A DNA stretch of 64,000 bases. It comes from Phoronis australis (taxonomy: Eukaryota > Animalia > Phoronida). The stretch covers positions 225,568-289,567 of the forward strand of contig NMRA01000477.1 of NCBI GenBank assembly GCA_002633005.1, in the 5' to 3' direction. The notes under the pieces were generated by a model. It had not been told where the DNA came from. It made no database searches and worked only from the letters and a program-made list of their open reading frames with translations. This document shows positions 41,701 through 56,700 of the stretch, piece by piece (positions within the stretch are counted from its first letter, which is position 1; every line of letters starts with the position of its first letter). The position numbers were made by a program, and so were the translations under genes.

Positions 41701-44700
41701 GGGTTCATGCGATACCAAAAGCCAAAATGGCTGCCGCCAGAAGCTCTGTTGTGTTGAATCGTATTGTTGGGATGCGTTACCCAGAATGCCGAAGGGGTGA
41801 CGTCATCGTTGAGCAGACTAGAGCTGTCTCGCACTTTCACCAGCAGATTGTACTGTATAGTGTTTCCAGTCTCGATGCCATCTTCCAAAAACATGGCGCC
41901 ACCCATGATATTGAACCCAACGTTGTGTTCAATCATCAGGTTGTGAGAGTTGTGTATATTGACAGCGCGGTTGAATGTCCAGTGGATGGCGCAGCCACGC
42001 ACGTATGATTTCTCGGCATTTCCCAGAAGGTGAAAATGTATTGGGTAACGTCCCAGACGGAATGCTTGGCCCATGTATGTCAGCTCCACATGAGAAATGT
42101 GACCTGCAAAAGTGAAATTCATGAAGCTAGTTAAACAGTCTTAAATTTCTTTCCATTTTGTCCCGTCCAAAGAAAACATACAAAATACCACTTCAGTGTA
42201 ATGACATCTAATTTCAGTTGCAGATCTTTTCCATTTAATTCCCGCTGAAAATAATGCTTCATGATGCCTTGTTACGACTGTAATTACCCTTTAACACAAA
42301 CTCCAGATGCCATCACAGTGGTCCATTATGTAGAGCAACTGAGAATGTTGGCCCACTAACTTCCATTGTACATGTGTACTGGGCACTGAGCCCCATGATG
42401 CAAACAACTTTGATTATCGTCATTCATAACTGTGTATGACCATATGACTTTTGATATCACAGCTTTCAATAATTCAAAAGTTTGCATTTTTCAATAGCTC
42501 TTAGCGAATGTTTAACCCTAGTCCACGACCAATGCCTGGTGCTACAACTCAGTCATCATTCACAAACAAACCCAGCAACCACTTAAAAAGGGCACTGATC
42601 AATGTTTGTCCGAAGAGAGGACGATCGTCCTCATGAACATTTCAATGTGGTTGAGCATGTTGCAAACACAGCCACCCTGAACGATTAATTAATGGTGCAA
42701 AAGCAGAGCACAGGAACATGATGCTAGATTCATTGGACTGCACATGTTAACTACGGCACATGTACGGTCAACACTTTTACCAGATCCTGTCACACTTACA
42801 GCAAATTCAAGACACAAAACTTCTAACATTTCCTCACACACTCAAAATTACAAAAACTTTTACTCGAGTCTCTGATGGTTTTGACGTTCTAGTTGGTTAT
42901 GGAAAGAGAATCTATTCATAACACTTACCAACAGCTTCATGCGTGTCTTTCTCAGCCGAATGGAACAGGATGTGGCCACCAAACTGGTCAGAGCCTACCT
43001 CCTTTCCAAACCGTCCTTGGAAACATGTTTGAGTGGCAAATTCACCTGAAACAAATGGTAGACAGAGCCTGATGTTTGGCTGAAGATGGATGAGAACAAT
43101 ATGGGTGGGAAATTTGCATGCAGCAAAGGTGAAGGGCGATACTAAAAAAGTTGGATCTGTTTTTGAAGTCAAAGTTACAGCTTGAAGACACATAATGCTT
43201 AGTTATCACTACACAAAATCAACGTACGCCTGTGTCAGTAATCTGGTCACTGGGATTAACCTTGGTTACCTTGTACAGAGAAATTTGGGAATGTGTCTAC
43301 AACTTAGGGCCACGAGTCTGGAAATTTGTACGAGTTTGGTGTCTGTTGTTCCAGCACTGAGGTTTACAGGGTTCAAGCTGAAATTTGGAGTCATGACCAT
43401 GTTTCTGTCCTTGGTCAAAGTGAATAAAGAGAGATGGTGACGGAAACTCATGGGTGGGACAACAATGCCATTTCCCTGTTGTTATACCCCATATTTAGAA
43501 AACGTCTCAACTACAACCCAACCAGCAATTTGTTAACAGACTGCCAATTGGCTAGTAACTTATTTTCCAGTCAGTAGCTAGTTCAAAGAATGCAATTGGA
43601 AACATTGTTAACAAACAATTATGAATAGGTATTTGAATTTCAAACGTGAATCATCAATTGCATGGCAAGTTCAAAAGTAATACCCTTGGTAATCATAGAA
43701 GTTTGCAGTTAATGCCTGTTTCTAAATAGGCAGCACATCAGTATTGTTGACAGAGAAAATTAATGAGGACTGGGACGTTTTGCATCATCAATAGTCACCA
43801 AAACATCTCTGAAAATTAACACTGAAATATGTTCCTAAGGTAACTGAGAATTTGCAACAATTCACTTCAAAAACACAGTTTTGGCTATAAATTTGAGTAT
43901 ATTAATGACAATATTAACAGTAGCTTGAACAAAATGATAAGACGAGGTACCAGTTTCTCATACTCAGCCTTACCCGTATCAAAGCCCTCGGGACAGGCCT
44001 CAATGACCTCCCCAGCCCAGTCCATATGCTGTGCCCCCATGATCTTAACATTGCGTGTCAACAGACCGACCTCTCCACGAAGCTCTATTGTTCGTTTGCC
44101 ATAGGTACGCGTCACGCCCAAATGGGTGTACTCCAGATTCTTATCGAGTGTCAGAGTTTTCTTGTCAACAGATATTGCTTTGATGTTCCTCGTCTCCGTT
44201 TCAATTTGGCTGTGACGGTGATTTGTTGTCGGGATGACAACTGTGTCTCCAACCTACACAAACACAGAGCGCAAATCAAAATATTTCTCATAAAGCCTCC
44301 CCCCTCCAAGCAAAGTATTAATTGGCAAGGAGATGCAAGCTTTATTGTAATAAAATAATTTGTTGCCAAATTTAAGCCAAATATTAATTCAAAAGAGTAT
44401 GCCTAGCTGCTACTCTTTTAGTGAAAATACTGGAAGGTAAATATTACATATAATCTTAGTGAATACCCACTAGCAATATTCTGACATAATTAAGTCATTC
44501 TTGTTGTTACCGATATTTACAGGCCATATTTTCACAAGTCAAAAATTTAATAAATATTTAAACATTTTCCAGAATTTAACTTCGTATCATGTGAAAAACA
44601 TGATCAGCAGAACCATCTGAGCTTACAAACTGACAAAGTCAGTTTTTTAAGAAATAGCATGTAAATTTCAATGCTCAAATTATTGTTCGCATTTAACATT

Positions 44701-47700
44701 CAACGTTTCAGTTCTTGTTTGCCCATGCTTCATTTTTTGGACCGTGAATTTTCTACAAAACAAATCCCCACCTTCCAATCAACAGGCTTCTGAAGGGACA
44801 CCTTGTCTTGTCCAGAGGCGGCAGTCTCAGCAAGAAGTACCCATGTGTGTTCAATAGGTCTGCCTGTAAGTACACAGACTCAATAAACAGAAAGAAGCAT
44901 CACAGTCAGTTACTGTATTCATATGAGTTAATGCCCAGAATATCTATCTAATCAATAGCAGAACTCAAAAACAAGGGAGTGATGCTAAGTCCCGCATGGC
45001 AGTTTGAAACCACTGTGTGGTCATTAACATTAAATACCAATTAAGGTTGACAGCCAGGGAGTTGCCTTAATGTAGGCCATTTCACAAGCAAGAGAAAATT
45101 TTAAAAATCGATACAAAGTGGGCAGCTTGTGAGTTGCATGTGAATTGTGTGACTTTCATGAGCTGGAATGGCGCTTACAGGAACTAAAAGTCCTAAGTGC
45201 ACTAATAAGGTGGATTGTGTACAGCCAACCACAGGCATTTAAAGTGAAAACCTGGAAGATCAGGGCCCGGTCTTGAGACTGGGCCCTGAAGGTCAGCATT
45301 AAATCAAGCCATCAAGAAAATGACGATGTGCAGAAAAGACGTACCATAACGACACTCTCCGCTCCATAAGGGAAACAAAAAAGGGCATCTACTGTGACAA
45401 ATTTCCCCCACAAGCCCTAACAGCAACATCAGGGCCAAAACATCGCAATATGACTTAGGAGATACAGGGAATTTCACCACCGTTTAGCTGTCACTGTTGA
45501 ATTGTAACGGTAACTGAAATGCTTTGAGGTTTATTGCCATTTCAGAATTTACAATTTTTGGGTTGTCCAACCCTGATACACTCTAAAGCAATGTCGTGAG
45601 TCGCTGATAGTTTCCATGGTCTCTTTAAGTATTGAAAATGAAACCCTATCGATGCAATGAATAGGACGAGGCCAACTGTAAAAGTTTACAAAGCTAGTTA
45701 ATTTGTTGTTTTTTGGCAACTAAAAGAGCTGGCAGTTTTTACGAGTGTATTACCATGCAACTCCAGAGTTCCATGTCGGATCCCCAGGTTCTTAGTGCCA
45801 TAAACAGGGATCTCTTTCGTCCTCTGATGACCATGTAGCTCAATAATAGCTTCTCCCTGGTATGGGCTAGCCTCAGTACCAATCTGAAACATGGTCACAA
45901 ATTAGTCTACAGGTAACATCCCAGAGGGATACACAATGGTACCCGAATTCGAGGCACATTTGAATGATCAATAAGAAAAAGGCAGCAAAGGCCTGTCATT
46001 CAAAAAACATGTAGCCACTCTTGTCATAACCCAGTACAAAAACTTTCATTGTTTTTGTTTCCTTCTTCAATACAATAATAGAAATGGAATGGATAAATTT
46101 AAGAAAAAATAAAGAATGTGAACGTTTCTTGACATCGGTTTGATTGCTTCACTGCTCTCATCAGCTCTGCTTAAATTCATTCTATGCTAAAAGTCATAAA
46201 AGACTGATACATGAACACGAAATTTGTTTTTGGTATTTGAACTTCACTTAGACAGAAATTAAGTCGGTTTTTGACATGGATGAACACACACACTACGCCT
46301 TCCTTACCTGTTGCAAATTAATTCACAAATTAAACGAGGAGCTGAGTGAAATACGGTCTCACGAATAATCTTCATTGTACGGATTTATTTACAACTTTAT
46401 GAAAAGCTGAAATTATCATATGAACACAGGAAACTGTACAGGACTGGTCTAAAACAGTGACATGGTAAGACATAATAAAGAATAGAAAAAAGAAACTGAC
46501 CAGCTGATACGACCATATTCTTCAATTGAACATCACAAACATGTTTCATACCTGTAATAGTCCACCTTTGACCAACAGACAGTTGACAAACTTCAGCGTG
46601 GGTCCCTTCTGGCCCTCACCGGGGTCCTCAAAGATAAGCGCACCTGCCAACGAACACAAACAAATCAAAATGAACACTTACACATCCAGCACCATTCTGG
46701 AGAAAGGATTCAAGGCCATGTGAATCATGAACACCTTAGAGAAGCCACCACATGTCCGAAGTCCATAAACCAATGAATTTGAATTGAGGACTAATAATAA
46801 GTCAGTTTTCATTGATCACAGCTCGACAAACAACAATTTTTGATTGACATAGCAATAGTATAACTGTCTTAGATACAATGAACGCCATTCTGTCTTACTG
46901 AAAACCTCAACATTGAGTGGAATGCAACAAAGCACAAGATGCCTTACTGTACAGATGTAATAACCACCTGAGATACATTCCGCATACCACATGGGTAAGG
47001 TACCAATCAGAGACGATATCTTCAAGCCAAAGGTAAAATACCCGCCAAGGATTTTAACACATTCCCATTAACTCCTCCAGTAAGAAACCTCCATGGGAAT
47101 TAAACATATCAAAATAAACCACTCATTAGAAAACCAATCTGGCAATTCTAGACACATTTTGCCAAAAATCATAACATTTCTATGTTGGGATGTTTACTGG
47201 AATCATATGTATCTGCCAACATCCAACAAATCGTTGTGTCAAAGTCCAACAACCTGTTTGAGTGACTAAGGTAAAGTTCCTGACAAAGACTTCAACACAT
47301 TCCAACTAACTTCAACAGGAGGAGAACCTTCCTGGGAGGTAACCAATACAAAATAAGCCATTCATTACAAAACCAATCTGGCATACATTTTGCCAATAAT
47401 TATTTGAAAAATTTTAGGTCAGGTTGTTTACTAGAATCATTACATATCTGCCAACTCTGACAAAACATTAGCATGAAAGAACAACAATCTGACATAATAA
47501 TAATCACTTGAAATAAGTTTGACAACAGAGCAGTAATTTTACTGAGACAAAGATGAATATCATGTTCTGATTCATATCCTAAAATTATACTCTGCCACAA
47601 TAGTATTAAGTTCAGCCAAAGCCCAAATGTCCAGTTTATTTGGAAAACTACCATCAACATAAACTCCCAGTTTTATCAAACATTTCTGTCTCGGTGTAAA

Positions 47701-50700
47701 ACTATTCAGACATTCAACCCACCTTCAATTACCAGAACCTTCAGGATGGGTGTGACTGTTGCATTGTCCAGCATGACCACTTGACCTGCTGGGATGACCA
47801 CTATGTCATCTTTCTGAGGCAGGGTGCTATTAGCCCCTCCCCATGTGAAGGGGGAACTCCAACGGTCAATATACAGATACTCAGACTTGTCGACCTGTGA
47901 AGTATTGAATACCATACAGAAATCACAGCTTACTTTTACCAACTGACTAATAATCACACAAATGAATCGTTAGCTGATGGATTTCAAATCTGATTGACAA
48001 AATCATACGCCCAATGAACGCAAACTTCAACTGAAACATCTGGACTGGCAATAGGAGAAATTGAAGAAATGTATGCAATAACAAAGTGCTTTAACATGCT
48101 GCCTAACAATGACTTAAAGCAAAATTATCTAGTATTACTAACATGGTAGCCAGGGATAAAAGTTCATTTTCCTAGTAGATGATATTTAGTAGTAGGCATC
48201 TGAATGATCTTCAACCATTTTGTGTTCAAGGGACGTAAGTGTAATGGGAAGGCATCTGCGTGATTGTCATAAAAACAGGCTGAAATTGGAACATTGACAA
48301 TGATGATCTAAGATGTCTTGTCGCATAGTAAGTACTTCAAAAAGCAAACCAGGGGAGGGAGGGACGTAGAGGAGGGAAGGAAGGAAGACAGGGGAGGTTG
48401 GGTGACAGGGGGGATACAATGCATATGTCATGGTCCAGAAACTCTGCTACTTGACTAACCTTGCAAGTCTTTCCAACATCAGTGTTTTCAACAACCACGT
48501 TGGTTCTGAAGCCTGTAGCAGATGGGGTCCTCTTTTCAGTGACGCAAACAATCTCAGTGTCTGATCCCGTGGATACAATACAGGGGGAGCCACCGATGTC
48601 AACCACATTTTTGCTCTTAGTGGAGCTGGAAGGAGGAAGCACATTCAGGACTTATAAGCAAGATTTAAGACACTAAGGATTAGTTAACATAGGAACTTAT
48701 CAGTGCTTACTAACAACAAATATCACATTTACTAACAATTTTCGCTCAACTCAAGTCCTGATGCTGAGTTGACAAACAATTTTTTTGAACTTATTCATGG
48801 GCAATTCGTGCCATTGGACTTGCATGAATCACTTCAATATCCCACCACATGACAGCAAAAATTCGATGGTATGGTCACAAAATTTCTTAAAAATGACATA
48901 ATTGTATAATCCCACTTGAGTGTCTTAAATTGACGTCCAAGACAAAATATTCTACTGCCATGTAGTGACAAAATTCATGTTAGCACGACACCTGATAAAT
49001 AAATGCAAATGGCTTTCAGCTTTGATTTCCATTTCTGTTTTGTTCGTTCACACAATCTAGGTGCCACTATAGAAAGTTAATAACAATACAAGGTGTAAGC
49101 TCACTTAGTATAAGTGAGTCATTGTAAAATCCATTTCAAACTGAAGGGGTCATATCAGCATTAGCCATTGTTAAGCAATGCTTACCTGAAGCCACTGCCT
49201 GTGATTGTAATCCTAGTGCCCCCTCCTGTGCCTCCCAAGGAAGGTTCCACTTTAGTAATTGCAGGGGTTGAAGCACTGTCGTATGTATATTTTGAGGAAC
49301 AATTCGCTGACTTGCCCTGAACTGTGACAGTTACAACGCATGGAGAGCTGGCACCTAAAAGAGAATGAGTCAAGGTAAGACAACTTAACTTTTTCATTGA
49401 AGATAAGGAAAGCCAACAGTAATGCTCTATACGAAAACAATACACTGTGTTATAGATGTCCGCTAAACATGGGAGAAAAGAAAGAAAAATTGCAGAACTA
49501 GAAGTAATGCTAAACAATAACCAGCTCTCAAATGGAGTCAACTAGTCCCATTTGCAGATCAAAGGTTGACTTCTTGTATGTTACTTTAGACTTAAGACTG
49601 GGCTCAATACATGCACAATGACCCAGCTGGCAATTTCACAATGAGCTGTTGATTATCCAGTCAGAAATAACACCTAAGGAAAAAACAACCAATTCTACAC
49701 AATCAGGTAAGTGGTGTGGATAAAAAATTTGCTTCTCGATAGAAGGCAGGTTTGTGTGACCATTTTACATTATAATATAACAGAGCCCGATGGTTGACAC
49801 TTACTGATAGGTGGTGTTTCACAGACAACTTGAGATGACGTCATGCTTGTGATTTTGCACTCTTCGCCACAGATGGACACGGCTGTTTGGTTGTCGACGA
49901 AACCAGAACCAGCGATGGTCAAGCTATTGCCACCGCACTGACTTCCTGTTTCAAGACGAAGTGACATGCAATTAAAAAAATAGGGAGAATTTTTCACCTA
50001 ATCATCAAAGAAAAAGGCAGGCAATTGTGTTTTTTATTGTCTAACTTATCAATAAAAATGAAGATATTAAAGAAAAATTTAGTGAGTAACCAACTTCGTA
50101 AATACTGTGTAAATGAATGTAATAAATTGGCATCAACAGTTTCAAATTATTTCTACTTGGTATTTGCATGCAGTAATCATCTCCAGTGCACAATTCCCAT
50201 CAGCCACTCATACAGACTGGCATACAGAGCCGTGTCTGCTGAAATAAATAAGAGTTGCGAGGAGTGTAAGCATGTTAAGTTCGCATTTACTGGGTAAGTT
50301 TAACACAGAGTGCAAGTGACATAACTAACTCAACAGGTAGAAAAAATCATCAAGTTTTTTGAACCACCTGTTTTTAAGGCATGTACTTTTGGTGTGCCAA
50401 TTTCGCTAAATTTAGCTGCAAGCATATCATTTAGACATAAACACAATATCAATGAATTCTGCCTACCTTTGTCAGGGGAGATGGAGGCGACAGACAGAAC
50501 ATAACTGAACTGAACAGGTGAAGAGGCCTTGGCATAACCCTTGTTGTCAACGTACACCTGGACATCATATGTTCCCGAGGGGTTGGCACCGACTTTACAT
50601 TTGATCTCTTGATTGGTCAAACTGGTCTGCTGACAGGGAGATGAGTTGATGGTGACCTCAACAGTAGATCCGAAATCATTTCCTGCCAAGGTGATCTCTT

Positions 50701-53700
50701 GCCCTGCCTCCCCAGAGGTGGGGCTGATGCTGGTCAGAGTAGGGGTGTCGCCATCACTGTACTCGAATGATTGGGTCTGGAAATTAAAGCTGCTGGATCT
50801 CGTGACAATGAGGTCAGCAGAACCAGCACTGCCAGCCGGAGTCCGACACGTGATCGAGCTAAGGCTGAACTGAGTGACTGGACAGTCTTTTCCACCTACT
50901 GTCACTGATGTTGCTCCAGTTTTGAAACCATTACCTGTGATTTGGACCAGTGTTCCGCCAGCAACGCTACCTTTCATTGGAGCCACACTGTCAATGACAC
51001 GTTTACTGAAAACCTTTTTGTCAGCCTTGGAATCACCCTTACCATCAATGTGAACCTTGACATCATTATTACCACCTTCTAGATAAGATGCATTACACGT
51101 GATCTGGCTGTCACTAACGGTGACGACAACACATGCACTGGTTCCAAGGTACACTGAGGCTTTGGCAACGTCCGTTCCAAAGTTGCTGCCATTAATGGTG
51201 AGTACAGTTGGTCCACTCACTTGTTCATGTGACACAGATGTCACTGTAGGCGTGCTAGATTGGGTGTAGTTGAAATCGCAGGCATCGGACGGAATACACA
51301 GGAATTCTTGTTGATCGCCAGCGAACAGTTTGAAGACAACAGACTTGTCGAATCCATCAGTTCCTCCAGTCTCATAGACTACCTGGCTGTAGTTCTTAGA
51401 GACAGTATCACGGGTCACAGCACCAAGATTGAATCCCGCTGAAATAAGGCAATTCATACGAATATGATTAAACAAACCAGCAGTGAATTTTCTTACCAGG
51501 TTCTTTTTGACAACAGGCCTGTTCTAAATTACCACATCGCCAATGGAGAATCGACCGTTTATATTTGCAATGCTGCATTAGACTACAACTTCAAAGCTAC
51601 TGTGGAGGTTATAATTCAATACCGCATCATTGCATCATGGCTGTTGATGAACCAGCAAAGGTTTTCCATGTTGCTAGTAGCAATGATCATGATGATACTA
51701 GGAAATTGGCAAACCACATAATATATAGTCTAGTCAATAAATCACTCTTCACTTATCAGTCTCAACTATGCCTCCCATGTTCAGCAGCAAATTGACCTTA
51801 GTGTCTTTATTGATTAATTGCTCATTTCTCATAAAAGACAAGTATAAGAAAAATTAGACTATTCATCCCACCACGTCCTGTCTCAACACCAACATAAAAG
51901 TGCAATAACTGCAACAAGAAGTTTGACCAAAGTCTTACTCATATACTTGAACCCATGTCCAGTAATGGTGACTTTTGTGCCACCATACACAGAGCCGGAT
52001 GTGGGGTAGACACTGCTGATGTGGGGCAGAAGAGTGATGCTAGCATCGGATGTGGCATAGCCAGTGTTGCCAACTCTTAGGGAGAGTGTCTGGAAATGAC
52101 AGAACATGATCAAAAAGAGTTTAATCTCAGGGAGAGTGTCTAGGGAGAGTCATTGGAAATGACAGAAAATGACCAATACGAGCACTTTAATAAGCCAATG
52201 TGTTAACTCTGATGCAGAGGACACTGTTTGGACAAGACGAAAAATGATCAAAAAGAGTAAACTCTCAGGGAGAGTGTCTGGAAATGGCGGAAAATGGCGT
52301 TGACACGAATTAATCTAGGGGAAAGCGTTTCTGTTTGTAGAAGAAAAATTTTTGATTGATAAAGCACAAACGACTTTCCACCACTGTGGTCCCCGGTTAC
52401 AAGTATGTGCTGATATCCTTGAATGTACTAAGCTAAGACTGTCAACAAAATTATGAAAAACGTTCAATTTCACGACAGTTAATTCGTAAGAGTTCCTATC
52501 TTTTGCCATAAATTTTCTATTTTATGAGAGTTGTGGAGGAAAGTTTGTGATGATTTACTTAGGATAGATTTTTTAAACGGCCTTGACATTCTATTTGGAA
52601 ATACCGAATGTAACAACACTATAAATCTTGTAGTTTTAACAAAAACTGTCATTTATCAATGTAGAATGCAGAACAAAATTTCGTTACCAACTGATGTCAC
52701 AAGTTTTGAAAAACTACAGAAACATAGAATTTAGTATTTATTTTTTTTAGTAAAATCAACAATACATTTATTTAGAAAATCACAACGAAAAATGGAACTT
52801 AGTACAACTGGTGGTAAAAGTTTAATGTAATACGTTGATGTGCATAATGTATTCTAATTGTTACTTTGTCACAATAAATGTTAAATCTAAAAAAATCTTT
52901 TGCCATAAATTGCTGAGGTTGATTAGATTGAGACAACTTACCCCATTGCTGAATGGCTGGGTGTCAACACTGGTGTCCACCTTGCATGTGATTTCTGAGG
53001 CTCCACTAGAGGTCACAGTGCATGGGGTCGAGCCAAACTTGATCTCATTCTGACAGTCTGTTGTGGCAAATCCGTCGCCAGAAATGACCACATCATCGAA
53101 GCTGGTGGCTGTAACCATGGTAACATAAAAGAGAGCTCATATTAAAATAAAGACTCGAGGAAAATATTACTATTGTGGAAATTAAAACGACTTTGAATAT
53201 TAAACAAAATGCAAATGAATAGAGCCCACACTTCCAAGGACTTTTAATGCAACTTATATTCATTTCTTTCGATCTCTAAAAACATTTAGGAAAAAAGATG
53301 AAAGAGTAACAACAGGAATTTGCTGGTCCACCTTATGTCAAAAATTGGCAAGCAAATGAGAAAATAATCTGTTAATTGTTAAAGGTTGGAACACTAGCTG
53401 AGAATTTTTGCTTTGTAAGTTCAATGGTATTTCACTGTCTTATTAAATATATTTGTATGAGCACATTGGAGAAATGGTTGGATAAGTCCAGATAGGCCAG
53501 GAGGTCTGCTACAGGACAATAGGAAGAATGGAATGTGAAGGGTAACTGGGATGGAATTGTGCTGTTTGAAATTGGTTTTCACCTCTGGTAAAGAGCTTGT
53601 GATGCACGTATCATTTACATATTATTCGGGATATATGTCGATCATAAACAATTTTCTGGTGAGAAGGCACACGACTGACTCTTTTAAGTTTGAAATCATT

Positions 53701-56700
53701 AATTTATTAGTAATTTTAAACTTACCATTTGTGCGAGACACACTGGTTACATAAGGAGTCTTGCACGCCCAGTAGGCAAAGTTGAACTTAGTTGCATCAG
53801 TACCAGTGGGTTTGGGCGACGAACATCCCGACAACTGATAGCCACCACCCGGACACGAACTGGTATCAACACCAGAGCTGCCACCTAGTGGAATGGTAAA
53901 CAAGCAACCTCAGCACAAAATACTTGAACATTTACATTTTGCAAAAACATCAACAGTCGCAAACATCAATTTTAGAAAGAAAAATGAAAAATATAAAAGC
54001 CACTAGCAAGTCTTCTCCACTATTGGAAAGAATAATTCAGCAGCAACTGTGCGCGTAACTAAGTTCAAAAAGGCATCGTTGCCTGTTCACAAGCTTGATA
54101 TGGACTCACTCACATACACAGTTTGTTCATCTTCCAATGCACGCTCCCAATAGGGAACTTAATTACTGATTCCTTCATATTTAAAGAATGTGCAGTTATC
54201 CACGAGTGTATGAAGCAGAAATTGCCTGTTGTAAAGACATGAACTAAGTTAAAGTTCTATAACAAGGTATAAAATTCCGCCTATTCCGAGCCTGATCACA
54301 TGAACTAAGGTGATACAAGACCAAGAGTTTAAACAATTACAGGTGAAAGATATTTTATAAGACTTGATCATCAAATTAAAGTTGATCAATATACTCAATG
54401 TTTTCTGAGATTAGTGCTCAACAATCGTAAAAACGGTGGAACCAAACCTGTGGTGTTGTACGTTGACTCGTATCCATCCACAGTCAGGTTGAGTGGCAAG
54501 GATTCGTCAGTCCTATTGATCACCTTGACAACGCCGCGCATAATCAGTTTTCCGGAACTGAATACATTACCGCTCCAGTAGTAAAAAGTCCCAGTTTGGG
54601 TGAACTGATGACGGAATGAGCCTAAGTAATAGATTCATGTCGTGTTAAAGGGTAATCACAAGGTCACTGTTGTATTTCAAGCGTACTGGGGGATGTTCTG
54701 TCATGCTGTAAACGTCCCTTTTAAACCAGATAAGGACTAATGAGGAGAAAAGTTTTGAATTTCCCTAATGTCACATGCCCAGATGGACCAGTTCTATCCA
54801 CATTACAAACTGAATAGTCATCAATAGAGTGATTCTATCACCAGATCACATGGTGAGGGTAATTACTGTTTCTTATCAGATCACACCTAAGTAGAAGGCT
54901 AAAAAGCGTCCAGGCTTTATTTTTTCCATTTCCTTTTTGGGACATGAAAACCGACGGAAACACTTAAGTCTGAATGGATGAGTAACACTTAGACTATGTG
55001 CATTCTTGAATACTCAAAATTGGCCAAGTAGTAGTGATTTTGTCAATAAAAACAAAAGCCTTGAGATATTCATTGGAAAGTAGTTTCTAGCATGGCTTGT
55101 CAGATAATTATACAATATAACTAATTCCCAAAAAGCTGTGCCTAAAAATGTGGATAAAACCCGACGTATGAATTCTGTTTAAAGGGCATTTTTCCGACAC
55201 GGTACGACTAGTAGTTTTTTTGGAAATTTAGCGGAGATCATGCAAGTCTTTGCAAGATACATGTATCACCATGCAAAGCCCATGATTTGATTAGCCTCAC
55301 TCCAGAGTAATGGACACGTGTTATTTAAATGGGCCCTGATGAACAGGTGATGTTGTTAAAGGAAGGTAAAAAGAGGTGAAATGTAACCACTGAGACTGCA
55401 GTTTTCTAAACATGTCAAGGGAATATGATTTTGTTAGTACTAACACAATGACCAAAAATTTTCCTCCCATTCTTTTGGTTTATATCCATTTCACCACGTG
55501 GTGGACATAAACCAAAAGAATGGGAGGAAAATTTCACCACGTGGTGGACATAAACCAAAAGAATGGGAGGAAAATTTCACCACGTGGTGAAATGCCGTCT
55601 GATGGTGACACTTCAGCTCTATATTCAAGAGCTGAGTATTGGCTACTTCTAACTGAGACTACATAGCACTGTTATGAAATGCATCTCAAAGTGTTCCTTT
55701 GTCCAATTTGAGGTGACTTCAGTGCATCAAAAGAACTGACAGTTGCTATGTTAATGTTGGAGACCAGGTTTTACAAGATGGCTTTCCAATAGCATGACAT
55801 TTTATAACCAATCGTCAGTTGTTTGCAAACCCACAAATCACTTCTCATATGAAGAACGAACAAGTTGAAACCAATCTTACTGTTGTAAGAGGTTTAAATC
55901 AAAGTTCGCTTCTTGGACAAAGTATGGATTTAGAGCTACCTTTCATTGAATATTATTATAATCAAATTAGTGCAGTAATTGAATATTATTATAATCAAAT
56001 TAGTGCAGAATTAGCTATATCTGAGATTTAGCACTCTTAAGTGAGCCAAAATTGGACCTTAACCTTAATTTGAATATTGTTAAACAAAGAACTCGGAAGA
56101 TAGTAAATATCTTATCCAACTATTTGCATCTCATTTCTCATTCTCAGAAAATTTTTAACCATATTTATATGTCTGTTACAAACATCCAGAACACATGACG
56201 TACCCTTGGAACTTGTCTCGCTCTTAAACCCTGAACCATCATACTCTTCAGCATCGGCGGTCGCTGTTTGTTGAACAGAATAATCAATCTTCACTGCATC
56301 AGGTGCGGCCCAACTCCATTCTACAAAGTCTCCCTTCTGCACCTCTATGTGACGTGGGTTCCATTCATAGCCCTTCCCATAAGCTGAAAGAACAAAGGCC
56401 AGATTAATAGCTTTTTGACAACAGTGGAGATTTTTTAAAACTCATGTGCTCTATGACAGTTCTGGAACAATGGTTAATTATTTTGTTCTTTCTTTTTGAG
56501 CTACAATTGGGGATAAGGTAGGAATAAGATAAATGTTACAAAAAATTGCAATCATGATGTTACTTTTCAAATTAGAAGAGTTTTGATAATAAAACCAAAC
56601 AAACACATACACAGATGAGTTCCCAAATGATCAACACGATGTACTTTGAATGCACGTCCAGTTCTGCAGGTTGTCTGGTTGTTGGAAGCTGAAAGTACAT

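Noticed and set aside
40698-42008. Several plus-strand ORFs of 60-133 aa
   Set aside because: Antisense shadows of the large PKHD1L1-like exon
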